A stretch of 64,000 bases of DNA from Saprospiraceae bacterium (GTDB lineage: Bacteria; Bacteroidota; Bacteroidia; Chitinophagales; Saprospiraceae): positions 51,083 to 115,082 of the forward strand of contig JBNKUI010000039.1 in assembly GCA_050298535.1 (NCBI GenBank). The letters are read 5' to 3'. A program made the position numbers and the translations under genes. The number at the start of each line of letters is the position of its first letter. Positions within the stretch are counted from its first letter, which is position 1. Below are positions 49,921-59,248 of the stretch, in pieces. The notes beneath the pieces were generated by a model. The model was not told where the DNA came from, ran no database searches, and saw only the letters and a program-made list of their open reading frames with translations.

Positions 49921-50282
49921 TCTTTAGAGTGAAGTGCGAGACGGTTACCTTCCGTATCCTCAAACAATGCCATGTATCCAAAATCGGGAGAAATCAATCT
50001 TTTTGAGATGATGATCTTACCTCCATGCATGGCTATGTTTTCTTCCACAATCGACAGATCAGGATTTGCATTCAGATAGATGACTGGGCCAGCCGTCCCG
50101 GGAGTATAGGCGGCACCTTGACAAATGGCACAGCCATATTTCTCCGAGGGAAAGATTCCCATTTTCAAAGCACCTAAATCATGTACATATAGACTGATAT
50201 CAAAAATAGACTCATAGAATGTTTTTGCCCGATCGAAATCTGTGACAGGTATTTCAAACCAATTTGCCCAATTCTCTTTCAT
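49917..50282 (-). CDS. VOC (glyoxalase-like) family protein
   Basis: 121 aa. WFEIPVTDFDRAKTFYESIF and ALFEDTEGNRLALHS. 4-nt overlap with tag. Confidence 0.75.
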   Translation of the reverse strand: MKENWANWFEIPVTDFDRAKTFYESIFDISLYVHDLGALKMGIFPSEKYGCAICQGAAYTPGTAGPVIYLNANPDLSIVEENIAMHGGKIIISKRLISPDFGYMALFEDTEGNRLALHSKE

Positions 50283-50375
50283 TTGTTTTTTGCGGAAACT
50301 ATGATTTTCAAAATTCTAAATCGATAATTTTATTTCAATTGCAGTTTTTGCGATGTCAACGAACAGCAATGGTAT

Positions 50376-51083
50376 CTAGCAGCGTGCCATCTTCCTTTTC
50401 TTGCCCAACCGACCTGCATTTTTTACTTTCTCAATATACATTTCTGCCAACGGCACTTTGCAGGCAGTACCACCCATTTCCACTTGAACTTTTCCTATTT
50501 CTTTGGCAATCTTTATGGCTTTTTCAGAAAGCTCAGGGATATAAGATCCCACGGCTATTACAAAGCCATTCATAGCATAACGGACTCTGTTTGTTGCGGT
50601 GTGGATATTATTACCTACATGCTCGAGAAGCACTTCGATTTTTGTGTTGTCCAGATCCTTATTAGGCCATACTGAAAGGCAGTTTCATAGCGTCGACCAG
50701 CCACCGGCAGAGATCATCTCGTCCTCTGATTCAATCCATTGTACACCTAGCTCCCAACCATGCCTCGTATCGGCGGCAGTTTGGGCCACTATGTTTTCAC
50801 TGAGCATTGACCAGTAAGCCTGTGACATCCAGGCCTGCAATTGTTCTTTTGTCATACGATCTTCGTCGGCGATCAGCCCGGCAAAGTACATGGCATCTGA
50901 ATTGCCAGTATGATAGAGCTCAAGGGCCAGTTCATGATCTTTCTTTATTTTTTTGACCAGATTCTTCATGTCACCAATTTTCACCCCAAAGAATGGCTCC
51001 TTGGCACCATGGCGTGTGAGAGTCTTCTTGGTCCCCGGATTTCCCATCATTTCAAGTGCTTGCATTACTTCACTTGCTGTCAT
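50376..51083 (-). pseudogene. AlkD-like HEAT-repeat DNA alkylation repair protein interrupted by one in-frame TGA
   Basis: ORFs 50685..51083 and 50376..50633 share a frame. The only break is the TGA at 50685..50687. Read-through gives ~235 codons with family-like motifs (KKTLTRHGAKEPFFGVKIGDM, NRVRYAMNGFVIAVG, GGTACKVPLA). Confidence 0.7.
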
Positions 51084-51095
51084 AGGTTCAGAGTT

Positions 51096-52169
51096 TTATT
51101 CAATTAATCCCAGTCGCTTGGCTCTTTTTTGCCATTCAGACCTTGCAAGTTTTTGTAGGTCTGTGACAGTGTCTGTCTCATCAACGATTTCAATTCCTAG
51201 CAATGTCTCTAGGAGGTCTTCCATGGTTACCAATCCTGCCACTGAGCCAAAGTTGTCATTGACAATTGCCAGGTGCTCCCTTCTGCGGGTGAGCATCTCC
51301 AGGAGGTCAGGAAGAGGCACATTATCCTGAATAAATGATATGGGAATTTTTAATGCGGATAGCGTGACTGAGTCATTGTCCTCAGCCAACTGCGCCAGGA
51401 TATTATCTTTCAGCACCATGCCTGTAATATGGTCTTCTTTACCCTCATATACGGGAACACGGGAGAAGGGACTGTCGGAGAAAGCTTCATAATATGCCTG
51501 ACAGGTCAGGTTTTCATCCAGCACGGTCAATACCGTTCGTGGAGTCATAATGTCGCGCACCGTCAATTCTCTCAGACGAAGGAGATTTCGAATAATCAGT
51601 GACTCTGATTTCTTGAGGGCTCCCGATTCTTCACCCACTTGCGTCATAGCTGCAAAGTCAGCCCGACTTAATACGCTCTTTCCCTTATCCTTCTTGAGTC
51701 GCTTGGTAATCAACTGACTTAACCAAACGAGAGGGTATAATATCAAGATCAAAACTTTAAGCGATCGAACCGTTATGGGGGCCAGCTGCCTCCACATATT
51801 CGCACCGATGGTCTTAGGAATGATCTCGGAGAGAATCAGGATAGCCAGCGTCATCAGCCCGGCAATGATGGATTCGTAGCCAATGTGCAGCCCCAGTATA
51901 TCCAGATCATCGTTACCAAAGACAATGCCTGCCTGAGCACCTACACCAATGGCTCCCACTGTATGAGCGATTGTATTCAGCGTAAGAATGGCGGAGAGAG
52001 GTCGGTCAATATCCTCTTTAAATTGCTCCAGCAATGCACCAACTTCACCCCCTTCCTGTACCTTTCGCTTGGCATATGAAGGGGTGATACTGAGCAGTAC
52101 CGCTTCCCAAATCGAGCATAGGAATGAAAAGAGGATTGAAATCAGAAAAAAGAAAACCAACAAGGCCAT
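51096..52169 (-). CDS. CNNM/DUF21 membrane protein with CBS pair (hemolysin/CorB-like, no CorC C-domain)
   Basis: 357 aa. N-terminal DUF21 TM region, VRDIMTPR and two CBS motifs. Confidence 0.85.
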   Translation of the reverse strand: MALLVFFFLISILFSFLCSIWEAVLLSITPSYAKRKVQEGGEVGALLEQFKEDIDRPLSAILTLNTIAHTVGAIGVGAQAGIVFGNDDLDILGLHIGYESIIAGLMTLAILILSEIIPKTIGANMWRQLAPITVRSLKVLILILYPLVWLSQLITKRLKKDKGKSVLSRADFAAMTQVGEESGALKKSESLIIRNLLRLRELTVRDIMTPRTVLTVLDENLTCQAYYEAFSDSPFSRVPVYEGKEDHITGMVLKDNILAQLAEDNDSVTLSALKIPISFIQDNVPLPDLLEMLTRRREHLAIVNDNFGSVAGLVTMEDLLETLLGIEIVDETDTVTDLQKLARSEWQKRAKRLGLIE

Positions 52170-52275
52170 TGTATTCAGACTTTTGCGGCCATTTCTATTA
52201 ACCCAGGATTAATGATCGATGGCTTTAATTTGATTAAAAGTAAGAGGAATTTTCGATATCAATCTTACCGAGGTG

Positions 52276-53943
52276 TTATCGAATGAGTATCAGTTTTTTT
52301 CTTTTCCCCATAGATCCGCTATTGTGGACAAGAGAGTAGAAATACACGCCCGAAACAAATGTACTCGGTAGCTCTATCGAGTTGATACCCGGATTTACTT
52401 TTGTAGACCACAGGGGGCTACCCATCATATCGTAAAATGTTAGGTGGGAAATCCTGTCCGCCACCAGGTCGACATAGATGTGGCCATGACTGGGGTTAGG
52501 ACCCAGCATCAACTGAGGTCCGTTGTTTTCAGTCAGATCCGTAGTCACATTCAGCGATGTAGAGCAATCCTCAAGATGCACTTGGTGGCTCGTGGTATCG
52601 ATAATCATATCTTCATCTCCCGACTGATAAACACTCAGGGACAGGAAGAAGATCATCATTTCATCGGTGGTTGCTTCACCCACTGAGACATCCTGTGGGA
52701 TTTCCTCCGGAAGGTGAGGATTGCTCACTGTATTATTATAGGTTGCTTCACCGTGTAGCGTGGCTCCAAAGGGAATGATCACGGGCTCCTTAAACTGATA
52801 AAATCCCTGCCATTCAAAGTCCCAGTGGGGTATGTCAATCAGTGGAATGGTATCTCCCTGCAAGGTAGTAGCATAAGCTTTCATTGACTCACATATCAGG
52901 TGTGCATGGGGTGCTATTCCTGTGACCGTCACCTTGAGGGGTACAGGACCAAATGTTTGTTTAAAGCTTTGCCGGGTGTTGGCCGGGATAAACAGAGGTC
53001 GATCCATGCCCATGAAGTGATTGAGTGCAGGGAGATTTCGGATCCTCCTAACATCATTAGACTCAGAGAATTTTAGATTGATCAACGTGCTGTCAACTTC
53101 ACCAGCAGATCCTTCCGGATAATGGAGTTGTACTATCAGATGGGCACCTTTAGGCAGAAAGATTCCCATACCTTCCGGGGCAAAACTGGCGCTGGATCCA
53201 GGGACCCAACCTCCGATCATCGACGCTGAATTGACTCCTACTCCTCCGAAACAGGTATAGCCAGGCTCAGGATCCGCCAGATCGAGTTCTAACGGGATGG
53301 TTGAAGTGTCTTGAAATAGTAGCACATGGTGTACGATACTGCGGTTTCCAGGTATTATTTCGACTCCGGTAATGTATCGATCTTTTTCTTCATTCGTTGG
53401 GATTACAAAGCACCGATAGAGATCCAGCTCCCGAAGGTCCGGTACAATGAAGGTTTCTAGTCTGTGCGAAAAGTCTGGATCTGCAATTTCAGTACTTGAA
53501 GTGAAGACGGGAGGTCGTATTGTCCCTATACCACCCTGAGGGGCTCCTTCTTCCACCCATTGCTTGAAAAGTTCGATTTCTTCTTCTGAAAGTGAGCGGT
53601 CCTTTGCAATTGCACTATAGTCACTGGGTGGCCACGGTGGCATAAGCCTGCGGGCGATATAAGACTCCATTAAGAACCGTTTGTCATACGCTTCTTCATA
53701 GCTTTCGAGGCTAAAGGGAGCAATTCCTTTGTCATTGTGACAGGGAGTACAGTGTGAGTAGACCAGGCATCCAATTTGGTCAGCCCAGGATATTTGGTCC
53801 TGAGAAAAGCTAGGTAAACTCCAGAACAATAGGAAAACCACCAAAGCGGAGTGAGTAGGTATCAGTCGGCCTGACAAATTCTTAGTCTTCCTTTTGGATT
53901 CATTACACTTGATCTGTCGATTGTATCTCTGCCTCATACTCAC
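52276..53943 (-). CDS. T9SS-secreted fusion: cytochrome c-like CxxCH module plus PHM/DBH-like copper monooxygenase domain plus C-terminal sorting domain
   Basis: 555 aa. HCTPCHNDKGIAPFSLESYEEA...RRLMPPWPP, VHHVLLF, APHAHLICESM (His/Met copper-site-like). C-terminus LGPNPSHGHIYVDL...GVYFYSLV...KKLILIR. Confidence 0.75.
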   Translation of the reverse strand: MSMRQRYNRQIKCNESKRKTKNLSGRLIPTHSALVVFLLFWSLPSFSQDQISWADQIGCLVYSHCTPCHNDKGIAPFSLESYEEAYDKRFLMESYIARRLMPPWPPSDYSAIAKDRSLSEEEIELFKQWVEEGAPQGGIGTIRPPVFTSSTEIADPDFSHRLETFIVPDLRELDLYRCFVIPTNEEKDRYITGVEIIPGNRSIVHHVLLFQDTSTIPLELDLADPEPGYTCFGGVGVNSASMIGGWVPGSSASFAPEGMGIFLPKGAHLIVQLHYPEGSAGEVDSTLINLKFSESNDVRRIRNLPALNHFMGMDRPLFIPANTRQSFKQTFGPVPLKVTVTGIAPHAHLICESMKAYATTLQGDTIPLIDIPHWDFEWQGFYQFKEPVIIPFGATLHGEATYNNTVSNPHLPEEIPQDVSVGEATTDEMMIFFLSLSVYQSGDEDMIIDTTSHQVHLEDCSTSLNVTTDLTENNGPQLMLGPNPSHGHIYVDLVADRISHLTFYDMMGSPLWSTKVNPGINSIELPSTFVSGVYFYSLVHNSGSMGKRKKLILIR

Positions 53944-53969
53944 TTAATCCACATGTCCATGCATTTGTT

Positions 53970-54656
53970 TTATAGAAACTGGAGAACATCTGTAATCGTC
54001 TCCAGCTTTTGAAAGTTGGGATGTTCAATATTTGATTCCACTTTTTCGTATTCCCAGGTTGTGTGGAAAGGAACATGAAATCCGTGCCCGCCGATCTTGA
54101 GAACAGGTAGTATATCGCTTTTTAATGAATTACCAATCATAAGAAAGTGGGAGGGAGGAACATCCAGGTGTTGAATTAACTTCCGGTATTCAGGTTCTTT
54201 TTTTTCAGAGACAATTTCAATATGATGGAAGTATTTTTCCAATCCGGATTTTCTCAGCTTTTTTTCCTGATCCAATAGATCACCTTTCGTAGCCATCACC
54301 AATCGATACTTACCTTGAAGTGATTGCAAAACCTGTTCCACACCTTCAATTAGCTCTATGGGCTGGTCTATTAATTCTTTTCCCAAACCAATGATCCGGT
54401 CGATTACGTCAGGCTTTAATCGATAGTCAGAGATCTTCAGGGCAGTTTCTATCATAGAAAGTATAAAACTCTTAATGCCGTATCCGTAGGTGGTCAGGTT
54501 GTTTATTTCCGTTTTTAACAATTCTCGGGACACTGTATGATGCGGAAGGAAATTTTCCATCATGTCACAAAACTTCTTTTCAGTATCCTGAAAATAGGGC
54601 TCATTGATCCAGAGAGTATCGTCTGCATCAAATGCAATCACTTTTATTTCTGACAT
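53970..54656 (-). CDS. HAD superfamily hydrolase
   Basis: 228 aa. VIAFDADDTLW (DxD motif I), MATKGD and IGNSLKSD. Confidence 0.8.
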   Translation of the reverse strand: MSEIKVIAFDADDTLWINEPYFQDTEKKFCDMMENFLPHHTVSRELLKTEINNLTTYGYGIKSFILSMIETALKISDYRLKPDVIDRIIGLGKELIDQPIELIEGVEQVLQSLQGKYRLVMATKGDLLDQEKKLRKSGLEKYFHHIEIVSEKKEPEYRKLIQHLDVPPSHFLMIGNSLKSDILPVLKIGGHGFHVPFHTTWEYEKVESNIEHPNFQKLETITDVLQFL

Positions 54657-54661
54657 GGATA

Positions 54662-55540
54662 CTAATTTTTTGGCGCTACGTCACTCCAGAGCCATTCCAG
54701 AGACTCTGGCAGAATAGCACCTCCATGTCTGCCACTGTGGGACCCCACCCCTCCTACAAATCTATATTCATACTCCTTAAATTTCAAAGCAGCTTCCATT
54801 TGCAAATTACTTAGCCACCAATTTCCATAGACATTATCTAGGTCATTGGATCCATCCTGGAGAAATATCTTAAGATTTTTTCTGGCATTCTTCCGAATCA
54901 TTGCTGGGTACACATGACCACCACGGATATTAGTGAAACTGCCGATATGACTCAGCACTTTATGGAAGTAATCCGGCCGTTGCCATGCTGCAGTAAAGGC
55001 GCAAATACCACCTGATGATAAACCACAGATCGCATGCATTTTGGGATCTGAGGAGATATTGTAAGTTTCGCCAATGTGTGGAATGAGCTCATTGATCAGA
55101 AAACTGGCATATTGATCACTCATGACATCATACTCTTCTGGACGATTACTATTTCGAAAGGGGTTTTCGGGAAAGTCTTCACTCCGGTGTCCAGGATCTA
55201 CAAATAAGCCTATAGTGACAGGCATCAGTCCATCGTGTATGAGATTATCAAACACTACGGGTACCCGAAAACTTCCCTCTTCACTTGCATATGCATGACC
55301 ATCCTGAAAAACCATCAGGGCTGCCGGTTGATTGGCGTCATATTGAGCCGGTACGTACAGATGACAATTTCTATAGTTATTGTACTCCGTACTGTGCCAG
55401 ACAAATTGGGTGATTTCTCCATGAGGAATCTCAGATCTCACCATGGATTGTTCTCCTAGGGTATAATCTTCATCTCTTTCCTGAGCCGATGCAATCTGTA
55501 CCAGGAGAAGAAGGGCGAAAATAGAGAGGAACTGCTTCAT
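54662..55540 (-). CDS. Secreted esterase (putative esterase / esterase D-like alpha/beta hydrolase)
   Basis: 292 aa. Signal peptide and GLSSGG nucleophile elbow. Confidence 0.8.
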   Translation of the reverse strand: MKQFLSIFALLLLVQIASAQERDEDYTLGEQSMVRSEIPHGEITQFVWHSTEYNNYRNCHLYVPAQYDANQPAALMVFQDGHAYASEEGSFRVPVVFDNLIHDGLMPVTIGLFVDPGHRSEDFPENPFRNSNRPEEYDVMSDQYASFLINELIPHIGETYNISSDPKMHAICGLSSGGICAFTAAWQRPDYFHKVLSHIGSFTNIRGGHVYPAMIRKNARKNLKIFLQDGSNDLDNVYGNWWLSNLQMEAALKFKEYEYRFVGGVGSHSGRHGGAILPESLEWLWSDVAPKN

Positions 55541-55590
55541 ATCTTTGATTTGAAAAAATTAAGTTTATAAAAAAAAGTGCCTAACAAAAT

Positions 55591-55618
55591 AAAAAAAGGG
55601 TGGCTAAATTAACCACCC
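55591..55618 (-). terminator. Rho-independent terminator after 55654..58122
   Basis: GGGTGG-ttaatttag-CCACCC followed by T7 on the minus strand. Confidence 0.75.
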
Positions 55619-55653
55619 TTTTAAAATTTACAATCAAATCTATTTTACTCAAA

Positions 55654-58122
55654 TCAGTTAGTCTTCTGGATTCTAATGACCTCCAGATGATCATCCTGTT
55701 TTATTTGTACAAAATATACGCCGGCAGCTGCATCCTGAAGTGCTTCAATTTCAAATAGAGATTGAGTATCATCTGACAGGATCATTTGCCATATGGACCT
55801 ACCCAGTACATCGACGATGCGTATTTCTGTGCCCTCCTGATATTGTGGGGCGATATCCAGGGTAAAGGTATTGATGATCGGATTTGGGTAAGCTATGGAT
55901 TTCCCATAATCCTTTTTCTCTTCAGGGTTCGTTTGATTGACAACTGAAGATTCCGTAAAAATTGAGTTGTTCCTTGCATCTGCACTCAGAGACACATCTG
56001 AAATACAATATACAATGTCATCAATGGCCCCCGAACCACCAAGTTCTATGGTCATTCGACTTACCCCCCGTACATTGAGCGAAACTATTTGAATGGAATT
56101 GTCGCCATAGTTCTTAAGGTCGACTTCTTTTATTTTCTGTTGATTGGCGTTATATAATTTTATTACTCCACCTTTTTCCTCTATGTCAATGGCGGTTATT
56201 GATGTTAAATCAACCATTTCCGTAAAATCGAATACGATTAAGCCTCCATCTCCATCATCATCAGGAGTATCGATGAGGCCATCTTTATCCTGGTCCTTTG
56301 AGTTTTCTGCAATAATGAACAGTTGTCCAAGTGCTGCGTTGTTTTCACCGATCTTACCGGCCTGACCTCCGTTCCCTTTTCCTGGGCCTCCAAAGTCTTG
56401 ATTGGGAGTACCTAGATCCAGATCTTCAGTACTGGGATCAGAAGAATTAAAAATGGTCCCGATATTGGGTCCTTTCTTATTAAACACTCGGACTACAGCG
56501 ATTTCCAATTGACGATCCAACACTGTACCCGTCGGTAAATCATTAAAATCAATGACATCACATTTTGATTTGTCCACCACAACTTCTACGGAGGCAGTTC
56601 CATAACAGCCGCCCTCAAATTCGACTTCGACCGTTAGTGTTTGACTTTCTTCAAAGCATATTTGAATACCTGGTGTCGTTTCTCCTGTACTCCACAGGTA
56701 TGATCTCACGGGGCCCGATATCTCTGCAGTGACATCAAAGCACGGTTCTTCATCAGTGAGTGTTATAGATTCCGGCAATGTGATTCTGCTATCACTGGAT
56801 ACACTGGAGAAAATATATGATCCAATATCATTTCCACTCTTATCACCGATCAATAAATAGCAAGGTCCTGTTGATTCGAAAATACCTTCAAATTTGACTT
56901 TTGTAGAACTGTATTGTTCCACCATTAATTGACCATCCTTATTATACATGCGGATATAGGGCTCAAGGGGAGCATCTATTTCCTGGAGTTCGAAAGCATA
57001 GGATTCACCGGCCACACCATTGATTTGATAGGTTTTGAGTTGAGAAACTGCGTCCAGTGTATGTTCAAAGGAATTTTGAGAAGTGCAGAGAAATAGTTCG
57101 CTACAGCGATTATGGGTAATAGACTCATAGTGCATTCCATAGGGCCCCAGATCGTTGCCATGCTGATCCTGTACTATTACCAGATAGGTAGCCTCTTCAG
57201 CACTATACATTTCGGCATCGATCATTTTATCGGATCCCGTTTTAGTGGCAATCTGATCTCCCTCGATGTTGTAAATCTCATACGATATTTCAACACTTGG
57301 ATTGGGAGATCGCATTTGCAATAACCCTGACTCATCACTATTCATATGAAGCAAATAGGGATTTCTTGCCGCCAGATGCTCTAATTCACCGGTTTCAGTT
57401 TCTCCGCAAACTACACGGTTGTAGCAATCGTGGTGATTTAATAATTGAAGAGAAAATCCAAATTCGTCTTGATCATTTCCACCTTTGTCCGTTACAAAAA
57501 TGAAGTATCGGTCTGTTGCTGGAATGTCAATTTGATATTTGGCCATTCTACCATCACGCTCAGAGGTAAATAGCAATATTCCCTCAGAATTATACACAAA
57601 GTACTCAGATTCCAAGTGCTCCGTGAGCGATCGCATTTGGGTGTATAGTACATCACCCTCCTCAGCATCAAAGTGATAGGCTTTGACTGCTGTGTGCGAT
57701 GTAATTTGATCGGTGAAATTAATGTGACAGGGCAGGAATGTACTATAGTCTGGGCTATTTATTTTTTGCAGGGAAAGTCCATAATCCCCGGTCTCATTAT
57801 TCGCATGATCGAAGACATTCAGGTAAAATATGCCTGACTGGGGTAGTACGAGACCTTTTATTTCGGCCAAACCACCATCATCATACTCCTCCAGGAGCAG
57901 TTGCCGTCCTGCATCATAGAGCTTGAAATGTGAGTCTACTTTTGAGACATCACGCATTCGGATCCAAATAACATCACCCTCATTACCTGTAAATTGGTAG
58001 GCATCCACTTCTTCCAATTGATTTATACTTGCTGTTATGTTGTCACCGTACCTGAGATCGATCTGGGACATGACTAGGTTCTCTACTGCTAAAAGCAGTA
58101 CGAGTAGAGTTATCGTTCTCAT
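55654..58122 (-). CDS. T9SS cargo protein with four PPC-like (pre-peptidase C-terminal-like) repeats and an Asp-rich calcium-binding-like segment
   Basis: 822 aa. Signal peptide, then four ~115-aa repeats (VDAYQFTGNEGDVIWIRM.., VKAYHFDAEEGDVLYTQM.., LLHMNSDESGLLQM.., LKTYQINGVAGESYAFEL.., each ending G-N-D-x-G-x-Y/F-G). DQDKDGLIDTPDDDGDGG segment. C-terminal YPNPIINTFTL...GVYFVQIK sorting domain. Confidence 0.8.
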   Translation of the reverse strand: MRTITLLVLLLAVENLVMSQIDLRYGDNITASINQLEEVDAYQFTGNEGDVIWIRMRDVSKVDSHFKLYDAGRQLLLEEYDDGGLAEIKGLVLPQSGIFYLNVFDHANNETGDYGLSLQKINSPDYSTFLPCHINFTDQITSHTAVKAYHFDAEEGDVLYTQMRSLTEHLESEYFVYNSEGILLFTSERDGRMAKYQIDIPATDRYFIFVTDKGGNDQDEFGFSLQLLNHHDCYNRVVCGETETGELEHLAARNPYLLHMNSDESGLLQMRSPNPSVEISYEIYNIEGDQIATKTGSDKMIDAEMYSAEEATYLVIVQDQHGNDLGPYGMHYESITHNRCSELFLCTSQNSFEHTLDAVSQLKTYQINGVAGESYAFELQEIDAPLEPYIRMYNKDGQLMVEQYSSTKVKFEGIFESTGPCYLLIGDKSGNDIGSYIFSSVSSDSRITLPESITLTDEEPCFDVTAEISGPVRSYLWSTGETTPGIQICFEESQTLTVEVEFEGGCYGTASVEVVVDKSKCDVIDFNDLPTGTVLDRQLEIAVVRVFNKKGPNIGTIFNSSDPSTEDLDLGTPNQDFGGPGKGNGGQAGKIGENNAALGQLFIIAENSKDQDKDGLIDTPDDDGDGGLIVFDFTEMVDLTSITAIDIEEKGGVIKLYNANQQKIKEVDLKNYGDNSIQIVSLNVRGVSRMTIELGGSGAIDDIVYCISDVSLSADARNNSIFTESSVVNQTNPEEKKDYGKSIAYPNPIINTFTLDIAPQYQEGTEIRIVDVLGRSIWQMILSDDTQSLFEIEALQDAAAGVYFVQIKQDDHLEVIRIQKTN

Positions 58123-58290
58123 CTGACATTACATTTACGTCTGCTGCTCATATATCAATAACTGAACCAAACCTGTACCACCTACAGTAATTCGTGATTA
58201 TTCACTGTATTTTGTTCAGTCAGTGATTCTTTTGTTATGTCTTTGTGTTAAGACACCTTAATATGCCTTATAAAGGAGTATTTTAAGGGA

Positions 58291-58752
58291 ATGAAGGATC
58301 AGTTATTAATTAAGTTTTATCAAGCTTTTCAAAGAGGAGATGCAGACATGATGGCGAGTTGCTATCATCCCGAGGTTCAATTCCATGATCCCGCCTTCGG
58401 TCATTTAAAAGGTAAGGAGGTGCCAGCCATGTGGGATATGCTTTGCACCAGAGGAAAGAATCTCATTATTACTTTTTCTGACATACAAGCGGATGCAAAT
58501 GGAGGCACGGCACACTGGGAGGCAACCTATACTTTTAGTCAGACTGGAAGAACAATTCATAATATCATCGATGCCACTTTTGCGTTTCAAGATGGATTAA
58601 TCATCAACCATCAAGACGATTTTAACATACATCGCTGGGCCGCACAAGCCATGGGGTGGAAGGGATGGCTACTGGGAGGTACGAGTTTTTTCCAACGGAA
58701 GTTACAAGCACAAACGCGCAAAGCGCTGGAGCAGTGGATGACAAATGACTAA
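58291..58752 (+). CDS. NTF2/SnoaL-like family protein
   Basis: 153 aa. LIKFYQAFQRGDADMMASCYHPEVQFHDPAF is a typical SnoaL_2 start. Confidence 0.75.
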   Translation: MKDQLLIKFYQAFQRGDADMMASCYHPEVQFHDPAFGHLKGKEVPAMWDMLCTRGKNLIITFSDIQADANGGTAHWEATYTFSQTGRTIHNIIDATFAFQDGLIINHQDDFNIHRWAAQAMGWKGWLLGGTSFFQRKLQAQTRKALEQWMTND

Positions 58753-58755
58753 ATA

Positions 58756-58794
58756 AATACGACACTTGACATAATGGTGTCTTTATCGTATTTT
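58756..58794 (+). promoter_or_regulatory. Candidate sigma70-like promoter (TTGACA-N17-TATTTT) embedded in an inverted repeat upstream of the Xre/RES operon
   Basis: TTGACA at 58766..58771 and TATTTT at 58789..58794. Arms AATACGA/TCGTATT plus GACAC/GTGTC bracket the -35 and spacer. Confidence 0.3.
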
Positions 58795-58819
58795 GCATCT
58801 AACAAAGAGGCAGTCATAG

Positions 58820-59242
58820 ATGAAAGATAAAATACAAGAGCCCAGCTCAGCTTATGGTGTGTCTTCAGGAGATGTGGTGGACATCATGGGGCAAGTACGG
58901 GATGGTATAAGCTATGAGGCGTTTGAAGGGATTGCTGATGGATTGCCTCTTGACATAAATGATTGGTCCCGTATCCTGCACATTTCTGACCGTACCTTAC
59001 ATCGTTACAGAAAAGAGCAAAAAACATTTGAGATTACGCAGTCAGAAAAGATTCTGGAGATACAATTCCTTAGTAGGTTTGGAGCTGAGGTACTGGGAGA
59101 TATGGATCGGTTTGGAAAATGGTTATTATTGGAGAATGTAGCACTAGGCGGCGTCCGTCCGCTTGATTACCTCGATAATTCCTTTGGCATACAATATATC
59201 AGAGATGTGCTTATTCGTATTGAACATGGGGTACTTGCATAA
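58820..59242 (+). CDS. Xre-like antitoxin with DUF2384 (MbcA/ParS-type) toxin-binding domain
   Basis: 140 aa. C-terminal WLLLENVALGGVRPLDYLDNSFGIQYIRDVLIRIEHGVLA is the characteristic DUF2384 motif. Confidence 0.85.
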   Translation: MKDKIQEPSSAYGVSSGDVVDIMGQVRDGISYEAFEGIADGLPLDINDWSRILHISDRTLHRYRKEQKTFEITQSEKILEIQFLSRFGAEVLGDMDRFGKWLLLENVALGGVRPLDYLDNSFGIQYIRDVLIRIEHGVLA

Positions 59243-59248
59243 ATAGAG

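Noticed and set aside
50685-50687. Possibility that the in-frame TGA in the AlkD-like gene encodes selenocysteine or reflects a reassigned code.
   Set aside because: TGA terminates other well-defined genes in the window. I see no strong SECIS-like hairpin in the ~40 nt downstream on the mRNA, and this family is not known to use Sec.
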